This document shows positions 39,976-49,079 of a stretch of 64,000 nucleotides of DNA, piece by piece. Both the position numbers and the translations under genes were made by a program. Under the pieces are notes generated by a model. That model did no database searches. It saw only the letters and a list, made by a program, of their open reading frames with translations, and was not told where the DNA came from. The stretch is from a virus (taxonomy: Duplodnaviria > Caudoviricetes), in the IMG/VR virus record IMGVR_UViG_3300032132_000439, positions 375-64,374 of that record, one strand, 5' to 3'. How positions within the stretch are numbered: the first letter of the stretch is position 1; each line of letters starts with the position of its first letter.

Positions 39976-40314
39976 ATGTCGCTTATGGATATCGCGCAGT
40001 TTGCGCAGTTTCGACACGGAATTGAAAGCGTTGAGCTGAACGGAAATAGCATTCGCTTGCACTTCCCAAGTGGCCCCCTTGATGCACCAAAAAACAATGC
40101 TGCATTCGCTGAGGTCACGGCTCCGGTAAACCCCGCAATTGGCCTTGAAGTCTATGAGTTGGCTGTTCGGTTCTACATTCCCCACAATGACGGTCACGGC
40201 CTTCAACATACGCACCGCGCATTCTTCAATGACCGCACACAATTGCTTGATTATCTGAGCCGTGAAACTGGTTACAAATTTGAAGCGCCTAGCGATTGGG
40301 AGTTGGTGGCATGA
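39976..40314 (+). CDS. Hypothetical early protein
   Basis: Start follows CTGGCA hairpin + CAACTTGGAGA. Confidence 0.65.
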   Translation: MSLMDIAQFAQFRHGIESVELNGNSIRLHFPSGPLDAPKNNAAFAEVTAPVNPAIGLEVYELAVRFYIPHNDGHGLQHTHRAFFNDRTQLLDYLSRETGYKFEAPSDWELVA

Positions 40315-40427
40315 GCTATTCAACCCGCATGCAAATCTTGCTTGGCGCTGGCCTTGCTGCGCTTGTCTTTCTTACCCTTTTGGTTCTGGAAAACCAGTTA
40401 GCCGAAGCCGCGAAACTAGCGGTATGA
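40311..40427 (+). CDS. Small membrane peptide (not in ORF track)
   Basis: MSYSTRMQILLGAGLAALVFLTLLVLENQLAEAAKLAV, ATGA overlaps at both ends. Confidence 0.55.
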   Translation: MSYSTRMQILLGAGLAALVFLTLLVLENQLAEAAKLAV

Positions 40428-40633
40428 AAAACCTAGATTTGATAGCTTGCGCCGGTCTTATCTTGTCCGAGGCCGCCGTTCGCCCCGCCCCACCCCGTGA
40501 TGACCCTTTCAGCATGTATGGGTGGGGCGGAGGGCGATGCAGAACGCAACCCAAACCACCACCCTCAAAGGATCGCTCAAAGGCAAAAGCCGCACGTAAG
40601 CAATCCCGCAAAAATCGGAGAAAGAAAAAATGA
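40424..40633 (+). CDS. Small protein with Arg/Lys-rich C-terminus
   Basis: KDRSKAKAARKQSRKNRRKKK; ATGA coupling. Confidence 0.6.
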   Translation: MKNLDLIACAGLILSEAAVRPAPPRDDPFSMYGWGGGRCRTQPKPPPSKDRSKAKAARKQSRKNRRKKK

Positions 40634-41016
40634 AAATCGAAACATTGGCGGCGGAATGTCGTGATGAAATTTTGTCTAACCTTGGTGATCGATCCGGCAT
40701 AAACTTGGATAGCTGTTCTTTTGATGAAGAGATTTGGGAAGAGATCAAAACGGCTCAGTCTGAGATCATTGAACGCGCACTCCAAAAGCAGCGCGATGCC
40801 CTACTCACCGGCTCCAAGGAATGGGGAGATCGCAAAGACGATCTTACCGAGGTGATCAAGGCAAATCACCCGCACTATACAAAAGACTACGCACCGTATT
40901 CTCGCGCTCAAGAGTTGGTTTCAAACCGGCATTCAAAAGGTGCTTTGATCGGTCTGGTCAGCTACCTACTCGGCCAAGCCGCGATGATCGGTGACGCTGT
41001 GGAAAGGCACGGTTGA
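40630..41016 (+). CDS. Hypothetical protein
   Basis: Coupled ORF. Confidence 0.6.
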   Translation: MKIETLAAECRDEILSNLGDRSGINLDSCSFDEEIWEEIKTAQSEIIERALQKQRDALLTGSKEWGDRKDDLTEVIKANHPHYTKDYAPYSRAQELVSNRHSKGALIGLVSYLLGQAAMIGDAVERHG

Positions 41017-41330
41017 TCATGGGGCATGAGCTAAAAGCCACGGCCAATGACTTGCACCTTGTGTTGGAGACTTTCACTGTCGCCCAAATGGCCAACCCAC
41101 AAAGCGCAATAGCACCCATGAGGGCTGTTGCGGAACTTTTCGCACGACAACGGGCCAATGAGCAAGAACGCGCTCAGAAGAGCTTTAAATCGCTTTCGAT
41201 GCGTGTGGTCCAGCTTGATAGCGCATACGTGCGGTTAAAGAATGACCCCAACTCCCCGGAAGCGGTGAGCGAGCTGGAAAACCGATCAAAAGATGTTCGG
41301 GAAATCATAGACGCGGCGAGGTTTCAATGA
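41013..41330 (+). CDS. Hypothetical protein
   Basis: Coupled ORF. Confidence 0.55.
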   Translation: MIMGHELKATANDLHLVLETFTVAQMANPQSAIAPMRAVAELFARQRANEQERAQKSFKSLSMRVVQLDSAYVRLKNDPNSPEAVSELENRSKDVREIIDAARFQ

Positions 41331-41584
41331 TCAACAATCAAACAACCAAACGGTGTTTTGAGTGCGGTGACGTTTTTCCTGATCAGCGCGGGTTGGATAT
41401 CCATCTAAACAATTGTCAGTACACAATTGATGCACGGGAGGAAAGAGCTAAAGCCAGCCGGGATTTGGATATTAGCAATAGAGCCAACGAAATCTTTTAT
41501 GAAATTGTTGGTGACCATGATCAAGAAACCCTATGTCCGCGGAAGTTGTCTGAGTTCTTAGCGGAGCAGGAGTATTCAGTATGA
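41327..41584 (+). CDS. Zinc-finger (C2HC/C2H2-like) protein
   Basis: C..C...F.....L..H...C. Confidence 0.6.
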   Translation: MINNQTTKRCFECGDVFPDQRGLDIHLNNCQYTIDAREERAKASRDLDISNRANEIFYEIVGDHDQETLCPRKLSEFLAEQEYSV

Positions 41585-41733
41585 TTGGCCGTTTTCTTTG
41601 TCGCATTGGCTTTCACCGGTACGGACGGAAGTATTTTGCCGCCGGTAAAGATTGGGCCTTTGGTATGGGGCACCGGGCGCGGAACTGCAGACGTAAAGAC
41701 TGCAAAGTCACGCTGAGATATTGGCCCGACTAA
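41581..41733 (+). CDS. Small Cys/His protein, DUF1660-like (not in ORF track)
   Basis: LCRIGFHRY...C.R..C; AGGAG RBS. Confidence 0.55.
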   Translation: MIGRFLCRIGFHRYGRKYFAAGKDWAFGMGHRARNCRRKDCKVTLRYWPD

Positions 41734-41812
41734 AAACGCACATTGACAAACAACCCGACATTCATTCGAGTGCCGGGGATTCTTTAAACCAACTCAGTAT
41801 CTTGGAATAATA

Positions 41813-42607
41813 ATGCTTTCAAAGCTTTTTAAAAAAATCAAAAGTATCATTTGGTTCATAATCAAATGGTTTTTTCTGATCCCGCTTGCACTTTTTATTG
41901 TTGTAGGCTTATCGCTTGGCCTTTACGAAAACTTGACCGGCAACAAGATTGCTTGGCCCGGCAACTCAGAAGTTGCGGAAATTGCAGAAGCCAACCCTGT
42001 TGAAGAAACGGAAGTGCTTGATGCGGCTCCCGCTGTAATTGAAACCGAACCGGCAATAGAAAACTCAGAAGCGTATTTGGCCGGTCTTTACGATCAAGTT
42101 TTTCACAAGTGCGATCACGAGGCTGCTAACATTCCAGCGAACTCAGCTTTCTTGGCTAGCTATTTTCATTGGAGCGTTGCCTATGATGAAAGCTATTTCA
42201 CCGGCATGCGTGAGGGTCATGAGTTGATCCATGAACAAGGCGAGGAGTTCGCATGCGCCTACCTGATCGGCGTTCTGTCAAATCACGCCACAATCACGAA
42301 GCGACCAACCCCAACTGCAGATGATCGAGAATTTGCCTTCGGAACCGGCGTTTACTCAGCTTTCGTGGCGGATTGTGGCTACGTTCTGGATGGCTCAGAA
42401 TTGGGGAAAACACACCATCAGGCCGTTGCAACTGAGCGAATGAAATCGCTTACGGAATACCATGATGGACTGCACCTTGTTTACGATCTTGTCGAAAAGT
42501 TCGGGCTCAAAAGGGCTTGCGATGAAATCGCTCAGGGAGTTATCAAACCATCTGACTTTGGAATAAAGCCCGATATTCCAGAAAATCGATCACCGTTGTT
42601 GAACTAA
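41813..42607 (+). CDS. Membrane-anchored protein with two internal repeats (moron)
   Basis: N-terminal TM, own TTGACA promoter at ~41743, downstream terminator. Confidence 0.7.
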   Translation: MLSKLFKKIKSIIWFIIKWFFLIPLALFIVVGLSLGLYENLTGNKIAWPGNSEVAEIAEANPVEETEVLDAAPAVIETEPAIENSEAYLAGLYDQVFHKCDHEAANIPANSAFLASYFHWSVAYDESYFTGMREGHELIHEQGEEFACAYLIGVLSNHATITKRPTPTADDREFAFGTGVYSAFVADCGYVLDGSELGKTHHQAVATERMKSLTEYHDGLHLVYDLVEKFGLKRACDEIAQGVIKPSDFGIKPDIPENRSPLLN

Positions 42608-42614
42608 GCAAACC

Positions 42615-42640
42615 AAAGGGCGCATCATGCGCCCTTTTTC
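42615..42640. terminator. Bidirectional terminator
   Basis: AAAGGGCGCAT-C-ATGCGCCCTTTT. Confidence 0.7.
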
Positions 42641-43008
42641 TTCACCAATGCCAGCAAGTCCGCATTCAATTGAGACTGCCAACCCCTGCCCGTTAATCGG
42701 TAGTGTTTAAGCACCTCACTATCCAACCTTATTGAGATAGATTCTTTGCCCTTACCTGCAGGTAACTTAGGGCGACCACGCTTAGCCTTGGCAAACATCG
42801 CGTCTGACCATTCCGGGTTGTCAGCATCCGCCGCAATACCGGCCTGAATTTCTTGTTCCGTGATCAGTTCTCTTGGAGGAGTATTCGCCGCTCGTAGCCC
42901 ACTATATCTTACTTTTGCTTCGGCTCTAACTGCTTTAGCATCCTTTATAATAAACGAGCCGCTTCCTTGGCGGGTGTCATCATCCTTGCTCTTCGATGAT
43001 TTTCTCAT
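42625..43008 (-). CDS. brnA: BrnA antitoxin
   Basis: RGRP, ISIRLD..V...Y...G.GWQ...N..L. Confidence 0.9.
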   Translation of the reverse strand: MRKSSKSKDDDTRQGSGSFIIKDAKAVRAEAKVRYSGLRAANTPPRELITEQEIQAGIAADADNPEWSDAMFAKAKRGRPKLPAGKGKESISIRLDSEVLKHYRLTGRGWQSQLNADLLALVKKKGA

Positions 43009-43267
43009 ATTTTCGCACCTCCCTTTTGTTAGACTTTCGCAAGCTAATCACACGTATTGCATCTTCACGTATGGTGTAACAAATAGCATGTAACCGCTCG
43101 CCAATTTTCACATGGCATAACTGGCGCTCTTCACCGTCATGGTTTTGGGTAAGGCAAATCGCGCTATCCCAATCAATAAGCTTTGCGCTTTCAAACGCGA
43201 TTCCGTGCTTATCAAGGTTCTTTCGCGCCTTGTTATCGTCCCATTCATATTCAAATTCATCACTCAT
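42980..43267 (-). CDS. brnT: BrnT toxin (RNase)
   Basis: EWD..K...N..KHG..F, GEER, RVISLRK...E. Confidence 0.92.
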   Translation of the reverse strand: MSDEFEYEWDDNKARKNLDKHGIAFESAKLIDWDSAICLTQNHDGEERQLCHVKIGERLHAICYTIREDAIRVISLRKSNKREVRKYEKIIEEQG

Positions 43268-43276
43268 GTCAATAAA

Positions 43277-43288
43277 TGTATATACATT
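43277..43288. promoter_or_regulatory. Palindromic operator upstream of brnT
   Basis: ATGTATATACAT perfect palindrome 10 nt before start. Confidence 0.55.
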
Positions 43289-43415
43289 AAAACAATAATG
43301 CAACCTCAAAATGGGTACGTTTTATTGATAAAATGTACAAGATGCTTGTATATTGAGGTTGACCAAAGAATCTTCATCGCTCAGAGTGAGTACATGGACA
43401 ACTTGGAGAGCCACG

Positions 43416-43679
43416 ATGAAGAATTTTGTAGAACAGATTAAAGACCTAATGGAAGCACGCGGTTGGGCGGAAAATCGGAGCCGTTTCGTTTCCGTTTTAG
43501 TACCAAAATTGGAAGCCTACCCACCATATTTCTTTGCACTTGAAGAAACGCTTGAAGAGCAAAGCGGCACGCTTGCACTACGCGATTGCTTGCATGAAGT
43601 AATGCCATACGGCGTGAGCCTGAAAGACGATAACATGATTGATGCAATTGATGCTGTAATGGGTGAGTTGGTGTGGTAA
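43416..43679 (+). CDS. Hypothetical protein
   Basis: Start follows CAACTTGGAGAG. Confidence 0.6.
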   Translation: MKNFVEQIKDLMEARGWAENRSRFVSVLVPKLEAYPPYFFALEETLEEQSGTLALRDCLHEVMPYGVSLKDDNMIDAIDAVMGELVW

Positions 43680-43861
43680 TGGCTAAATCAACTTTAAAGG
43701 CCGCTGACAGGCATTTCGTTACGATCCGGGCCCATGCTGCAGTAGGTAATGAGGCCGCCGCCACGCGCTATTACTGCGAGCATCGGATTTCATATGCAAA
43801 ATTCATGAAAGCACTAAATGAGGGCCGTGACCAACGGAGGAGAAAACAAGATGACAAGTGA
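43679..43861 (+). CDS. Hypothetical protein
   Basis: TAATG coupling. Confidence 0.55.
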   Translation: MAKSTLKAADRHFVTIRAHAAVGNEAAATRYYCEHRISYAKFMKALNEGRDQRRRKQDDK

Positions 43862-44051
43862 AGATTTTGTGAGCTGGCTAGCAGAAATGAAGTCCGCGGG
43901 ACTTGGTCGATCTGACGCAAAGTGCGCTGAGCTTTTGGGTATCTCGAAAAACAGCGTTGTGGCCATTAAGAAAAATGGGGGCGACATACGGACCGCACTT
44001 GCGTGTAGAGCTTTGTTGCATCGCATGGAACCGTACGGCAAATCAGTTTAG
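43851..44051 (+). CDS. Small HTH protein
   Basis: MT..DF..W....G.S....AELLGIS..SV, ALAC.AL; GGAGGAG RBS. Confidence 0.75.
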   Translation: MTSEDFVSWLAEMKSAGLGRSDAKCAELLGISKNSVVAIKKNGGDIRTALACRALLHRMEPYGKSV

Positions 44052-44122
44052 CGCATTCAAGTGGTTGGAGCTTTCTTTTATACAACCGCGTAAAGAGCCA
44101 AAAGCAACACTATGCATGCAGG

Positions 44123-44156
44123 AAAGGGCTAGGGGTTCGCGCCCCTAGCCCTTTTT
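44123..44156. terminator. Bidirectional terminator
   Basis: AAAGGGCTAGGGG-TTCGCG-CCCCTAGCCCTTT. Confidence 0.8.
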
Positions 44157-44381
44157 AATTCCCATCTCCAACGCCGCCTCTTCACTGGCCTCAGAAATAG
44201 CCCTCATAGTCTCTTCCGTGTAAACACCAACTGCGATAGCCATTGCCTCAAAGAACGCCTCACGGCTTACGCCATCGAATTTAGCGCCCTTTGATTGCAA
44301 GAACGGCCCAACCTTTGCAGCGGCGCTTTTCAACGCCGCCACTTCAAAGTCTTCAAGGTTACTCAGATGGTTGTGTATCAT
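44145..44381 (-). CDS. Hypothetical protein (DUF6511-like)
   Basis: E..A...A....G.FL...G pattern. Confidence 0.5.
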   Translation of the reverse strand: MIHNHLSNLEDFEVAALKSAAAKVGPFLQSKGAKFDGVSREAFFEAMAIAVGVYTEETMRAISEASEEAALEMGIKKG

Positions 44382-46239
44382 CTAACGCACTCCATCTTGC
44401 AAGGCCATCAACCTCTCCCGGTTGACTTGTCGCGATCTTGCGGCGCTTTAACCGACCAAGGCAATCATCAACAACCGTGTAAAGCTGGCCGGTTACGTCC
44501 ATGATATCCTCAATACGCACCCCAACCGCTTGTTGTTTCAACACCTCATAAACGATGCGATCCGCGCCATTGGAGAAAGTGCCGGGCGCATCATAAAGGA
44601 AAGACTTAACGCGCGTGTAGCTGCCATCCTCTTGCACAACAATCCGGTCAGGACACCGCAAAGACTTAGCCCGAACAATCGCCTCACTGGTTGTGCTTGG
44701 GTAAGGCTCCTGCCCGCCGTGCGCAGTCCACCAGCGTTCAGCCATCTTGCGCGCGCCACCAGCATGCTCAAAACAAACCCATTCAGGAATAGGCGCGGAT
44801 TTCTTGACGCTTGGAATGTAATACCCAACCTTCATGCTCGTTGCGGCACCCTGCTTTTCATGGCGCTCAAATGTCCATGTTCGGCAAAAAGCTCCAGGGA
44901 GATTGGCCGCACGTTCATCCTCAAAGTGGCCTTGGTTTTTAAGCAAAGCGCGCGTGTCCGCCGTCCGATCGATCTTATCAGTTTCAACCGGCTCAGGGAA
45001 AACATACCCGCACTCATAACATTCACTGCATTGGATCGGCAAAATTGTACGGCAAGACTCTTGCGGGCACACTTTAACCGGCGCGTCCCCCACTTTATCG
45101 CTCTCAGAGCGCCGTTTCTTGGTTGGTGGTGGTTGCACATCATCAATAGGTCCGTGGCGCTTCACGTTGCCCGCAAAGTCCAACACAAGGCAATTTGTTT
45201 TGCCGGTGTCCGGTGAGATCCGCAAACCACGGCCAACCATTTGTTGATATAGCCCGGGGCTGGCTGTCGGGCGGCATAGAGCGACCAAATCCACGTTTGG
45301 TGCATCAAAGCCCGTTGTGAATACATTTACGTTCACAAGGCACCTCAGCTCACCGTTTTTGAACCGGCGAACCATATCCTCACGCTCACCTTTGCTTGTG
45401 GAGCCGGTTACGCATTCAGCGCCGAAGCCGTGGCCATCAAGCAAGTGCGTCAGTTGCTCCGCGTGATCAATGCTTGATGCAAAAACCAAGATGGACTTGC
45501 GATCATGGCCAACCTGAACGATTTCATTCACGACCGCCGCGTTGGTATCAAGCGTGTTCACTAGCTGATCAACTTGGGAGCTGTTGAAATCACCGCCTTG
45601 ATAGTTGATTGCCCGCATGTCGAATGTTGTGCGCATTGCCTTTGGAACAACCGGGCTAAGATAGCCGCGTGAAATCAGTTCACCAACGTTCACTTGATAG
45701 GCAATATCATCAAACATTGTCTCGTCAGTGTCGCCATATAGCAAACCACAATCCAAGCGATATGGTGTGGCGGTTAGGCCTAATGAACGATAGTTTTCAT
45801 GATGACGTTTTGCATCTTCAAACATGCGCCCGTACATCGTGTTAGATTTCGGGTTAATCGTATGAGCTTCATCAACGATGAATAGATGCGCTCCCCCGAT
45901 TTCATCAAGCTTGTTGTAAATGGTTTGAACGCCACCAAAGAGAATTTGAGCGTTACGGTCACGACGGCCAATGCTTGCGCTGTAGATGCCAACCGGCGCT
46001 TGTGGCCATAGGGAAAGCAACCGCTCCAAGTTCTGCTCAAGCAGCTCTTTTTGGTGCGTCACGCATATAATCCGCATGCCGGGATACATCTCAAGCGTCC
46101 GTTTGCAGATTTCAGCGTTGATCACCGATTTACCGGCGCCGGTGGCCAAATCGAGAATTGGGTTGCCGCCTACTTCACGCCAATATGTAAAAGTCGCGTC
46201 AACTGCAGCTTGTTGATAGTCGCGCAAAACATAATTCAT
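44359..46239 (-). CDS. DEAD/DEAH SF2 helicase (RadD/YejH-like)
   Basis: LRDYQ, ATGAGKS, DEAH, TATP, TGFD.P, QM.GRGLR, C-terminal Zn ribbon. Confidence 0.95.
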   Translation of the reverse strand: MNYVLRDYQQAAVDATFTYWREVGGNPILDLATGAGKSVINAEICKRTLEMYPGMRIICVTHQKELLEQNLERLLSLWPQAPVGIYSASIGRRDRNAQILFGGVQTIYNKLDEIGGAHLFIVDEAHTINPKSNTMYGRMFEDAKRHHENYRSLGLTATPYRLDCGLLYGDTDETMFDDIAYQVNVGELISRGYLSPVVPKAMRTTFDMRAINYQGGDFNSSQVDQLVNTLDTNAAVVNEIVQVGHDRKSILVFASSIDHAEQLTHLLDGHGFGAECVTGSTSKGEREDMVRRFKNGELRCLVNVNVFTTGFDAPNVDLVALCRPTASPGLYQQMVGRGLRISPDTGKTNCLVLDFAGNVKRHGPIDDVQPPPTKKRRSESDKVGDAPVKVCPQESCRTILPIQCSECYECGYVFPEPVETDKIDRTADTRALLKNQGHFEDERAANLPGAFCRTWTFERHEKQGAATSMKVGYYIPSVKKSAPIPEWVCFEHAGGARKMAERWWTAHGGQEPYPSTTSEAIVRAKSLRCPDRIVVQEDGSYTRVKSFLYDAPGTFSNGADRIVYEVLKQQAVGVRIEDIMDVTGQLYTVVDDCLGRLKRRKIATSQPGEVDGLARWSALDDTQPSE

Positions 46240-46532
46240 GAGCGCAAACCTTGGACGCGGAAGACGGAAGCGTTGTGCGAGAAACCTTCAAAAACGCCGT
46301 TGTCTGCCATGCGCATAATCCAGCTTTTTAGCGCGTTGACCGGCAAGCGCAATTCAGCGGCCAGATCAAGAAAGCGCATTGAACAAATACCGCATTCAGC
46401 AATTCGTTTTTCAATGATTGATTTTGGTGTTGCTTTAATGGTTTTCGGCTTACGTGTGCGCGTGTATTCAACACCGCAATCGCTAGGCCAGTCAAAACGC
46501 GGCGGAACCGCAATAGCTAGATAATCAGTCAT
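46236..46532 (-). CDS. Hypothetical wHTH-like protein
   Basis: Start follows CTGGCA hairpin + CAACTTGGAGG. Confidence 0.55.
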   Translation of the reverse strand: MTDYLAIAVPPRFDWPSDCGVEYTRTRKPKTIKATPKSIIEKRIAECGICSMRFLDLAAELRLPVNALKSWIMRMADNGVFEGFSHNASVFRVQGLRS

Positions 46533-46593
46533 GTGACCTCCAAGTTGAAAAGAACCGGGGACGGTGCCAGCCGCACCCGGTTTGTTGTTTGTT

Positions 46594-46716
46594 TTAGATA
46601 CCGGCTAGCTTTCGCATTGCCTTGAGCTTGCTGATTTCAAGAATGTTCCAAAAGAACCGGAAAGCTAAGGCAAGCATACCGACCACAATTAGCCATAAGG
46701 TGATGTCAAAAAGCAT
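46594..46716 (-). CDS. Small membrane peptide (not in ORF track)
   Basis: MLFDITLWLIVVGMLALAFRFFWNILEISKLKAMRKLAGI. Confidence 0.5.
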   Translation of the reverse strand: MLFDITLWLIVVGMLALAFRFFWNILEISKLKAMRKLAGI

Positions 46717-46717
46717 T

Positions 46718-47266
46718 TCAATGATCATAGGTAGCTCCCGCTTTATCCAATCGCGCAATCACGCTTTCGGCTTGGTTTAGTGCATCGCTGAGAGCATCGT
46801 GCTTTGTGCCCGTGTACTCAATTTCAGCGTCAGTTCCCCAAAACGCCTCAAGCGTCCGTACGCTTCGGGTTTGGTGGTATCTCCAAGGCACCGATAAATC
46901 GCAAAGCTCATAGGCTTTAGCCAAATGCGAACAATCAAAATCCGGGTCTTTCGCCCACACATGTTGCGGTCGGTGGTTTTGGAAAAGTTCACTAAGACGA
47001 TAGAGCGCCGAACCTATCGAGTAGCCACCTGTCGCAATTTGCGTGGCAAACAGCTCAACGTCAGTTTCCGCCCACCACTGCAGTGTTGAAAGGTCAATTT
47101 TCATGCCCATCGCAACGCACGATTGCGGGTCGATTTTCAAGTTAAGCTTTGAAATCATCTTGCCGTCAGGCAAAGTCGGATCAAAGACAACCGCGCCAAT
47201 TTGCGTGATCACTGAGCCGGGCTTTAAGCCAAGGTTTTCAATGTCAATCATAATGTGTTTTGACAC
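46718..47266 (-). CDS. 3'-5' exonuclease, DEDDh (DUF5051-like)
   Basis: MIDIE, IGAV.F, FD...L, H.AL.DA..QA. Confidence 0.9.
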   Translation of the reverse strand: MSKHIMIDIENLGLKPGSVITQIGAVVFDPTLPDGKMISKLNLKIDPQSCVAMGMKIDLSTLQWWAETDVELFATQIATGGYSIGSALYRLSELFQNHRPQHVWAKDPDFDCSHLAKAYELCDLSVPWRYHQTRSVRTLEAFWGTDAEIEYTGTKHDALSDALNQAESVIARLDKAGATYDH

Positions 47267-47271
47267 GGCGG

Positions 47272-47484
47272 TTACTCCAAAAGCTCATTGATGCGCTTTG
47301 CGATGCGCTCGGCTTTTTCTTTGTCGCTAAATGCAAGCTCATTATCGACCTCAAGATGATCGATTTTTTGCTTGTTTGTGGCGATTTTGGCCGCTTTCTT
47401 TTCAGCCACTTTCACCAAGTCAGTTGCGACTTTTTGCAAAGTCCCGATTGCCTTATTCAAGGTCAGATTTGCCGCTAGTTCCAT
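47272..47484 (-). CDS. Small coiled-coil protein
   Basis: Start follows CAACTTGGAGAG. Confidence 0.65.
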   Translation of the reverse strand: MELAANLTLNKAIGTLQKVATDLVKVAEKKAAKIATNKQKIDHLEVDNELAFSDKEKAERIAKRINELLE

Positions 47485-47485
47485 T

Positions 47486-47782
47486 CTATCTCTCCAAGTT
47501 GATTTTGCGTCCAGCCGGTGGCCCGGCTAATGCATTGTTGATATTCGGAGCGGTGCAATGATCATGGATCAAGTTGCCCACTACCCGGCGCAGTTCGTTT
47601 TCTTCAAAGATTTCCAGCCGGGTTGAAAATCTTATTGAGGCCATGCGGTTGATCGCATCGAAAACCTCAAGATCGACCAGCGAAAACTGGTTGGTTAGTT
47701 TGAAAATTGATGTTCCATTCGCAAAGCGGCGGAAGATTTCAACCTTCTTTTTTTCTGAAATGGTGGCGCTATATTCATGCAT
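47486..47782 (-). CDS. Hypothetical HTH-like protein
   Basis: MHEYS start overlapping upstream stop. Confidence 0.5.
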   Translation of the reverse strand: MHEYSATISEKKKVEIFRRFANGTSIFKLTNQFSLVDLEVFDAINRMASIRFSTRLEIFEENELRRVVGNLIHDHCTAPNINNALAGPPAGRKINLER

Positions 47783-48797
47783 TATCGCCACCCCGATTTT
47801 CCGGGTTGTCCGTAATGTCGCGGCCAGCCTTTTCATCTTCCCCAACCGCTTCCGGTGGTCCATCAATGAAGGTTTCGCCGTTATCCAAGGCGTAAGTAAT
47901 TGTGCCCGCATCTGGGTCCGCGTCGATCTGCTCACCCGGCACAAAGCAAGGGTTGAAAAGGTGGCCTTCACAACCGGCCAATTGCTCGTCGCGGTTTAGT
48001 GGCTTGCTGTGCTTTTCGCACTGCCATGAGCCGTAATCTTTATGAGCAAGCGGAGTTACGTGGATGCATGTGCGGCAAGAGCGTGTTTGAACAAACTCCC
48101 CGCCTTTGCAGATGTTTTTGTAATCGCAGAAGCGGCACGACCAAAAGTCAGGATCATCGGAGACACGGCTTGGCGCGTCGTCAGTGTAAACAATCGATTC
48201 AACGCGGTTGAAAAGATGCTCGCAAAAACCCTGATCATAATCGATAACAATGCTCATTACCGCGTCAGTGTTCTTGTTAACCGCAAGGTAAAGGCATTTC
48301 TTATAGCCGGTTAGGTGCATGTAAGATTGACACTGAATGAAGTGTTCCGGCTTATGCTCTTTCAGCCCCTTTTTAATCAAAGCGTCCCAACTCTTTTGGT
48401 TGTGTGATTTGCACTCCACAACAACCCATTGGTCGTCAATGCCGGGTACATTGTGTGCAACGCCATCAAGCAACCCCCGGGCATGCCCACCAACGCCCCT
48501 AACGCGCATCTGACGGCCTGTGTCTGGATCGTGGGTGATAACTGTTGCCCCGGCCCCGGCAAGCCCCTCAAGCAAGCGCTCTTCATGGATTTCACCAGTT
48601 TCAAACAAGCGGCACATTTTGCCATCAAATTGTTTGGGAGGCGTGGCCCAACGAAACGCATAAAATGGCGCTCGGTTGCAATCCGATCCAAGCATTGAAA
48701 GGCTAATACCGATTGAACCATATGGCTCACCGCGCTTGGCTTGCGAGTAATCGTAAATTTTGTTTGCAACGGGGTCCGTATCTGGTATTTCAACCAT
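47775..48797 (-). CDS. Cas4-like PD-(D/E)XK exonuclease
   Basis: S..G..C.R, G...E, G..DG, ECKS, Q.Q.YM, C.FC....C. Confidence 0.88.
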   Translation of the reverse strand: MVEIPDTDPVANKIYDYSQAKRGEPYGSIGISLSMLGSDCNRAPFYAFRWATPPKQFDGKMCRLFETGEIHEERLLEGLAGAGATVITHDPDTGRQMRVRGVGGHARGLLDGVAHNVPGIDDQWVVVECKSHNQKSWDALIKKGLKEHKPEHFIQCQSYMHLTGYKKCLYLAVNKNTDAVMSIVIDYDQGFCEHLFNRVESIVYTDDAPSRVSDDPDFWSCRFCDYKNICKGGEFVQTRSCRTCIHVTPLAHKDYGSWQCEKHSKPLNRDEQLAGCEGHLFNPCFVPGEQIDADPDAGTITYALDNGETFIDGPPEAVGEDEKAGRDITDNPENRGGDNA

Positions 48798-48890
48798 AAT
48801 AAAAAAATCCCATGATGTTTGCTCTCCAAGTTGACGTTGTGGTGATGGTTGGCCGGGCGAGGGATGCCAGTCCCTATGACCCCGGCCTTT

Positions 48891-49079
48891 TTATTGCCCG
48901 GATTTTTGCTTGGTTATGAAAAACGCCGCTTTGTCTTTGAGGGCTTGTTTGTTGTTCACCAATTTTCGATAGTCAGGCAGGGAAACAACGTCCCTGCCCT
49001 CAATTTCCACCAGCTCCGCATCATTGGTGATCACATCTTGGAACACCTTCGGTAGTGGGGCTTGATGTGTGACTACCAA
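48891..49079 (-). CDS. Hypothetical protein
   Basis: Coupled ORF. Confidence 0.5.
   Translation of the reverse strand: MVVTHQAPLPKVFQDVITNDAELVEIEGRDVVSLPDYRKLVNNKQALKDKAAFFITKQKSGQ

Noticed and set aside
47513-47528. Hairpin AGCCGG-GCCA-CCGGCT before a start motif
   Set aside because: Same position as the family but loop differs from CTGGCA, so not counted
47775-48797. CRISPR-Cas system suggested by Cas4-like nuclease
   Set aside because: No repeat-spacer array or other cas genes; sits in a Sak4/SSB recombination module
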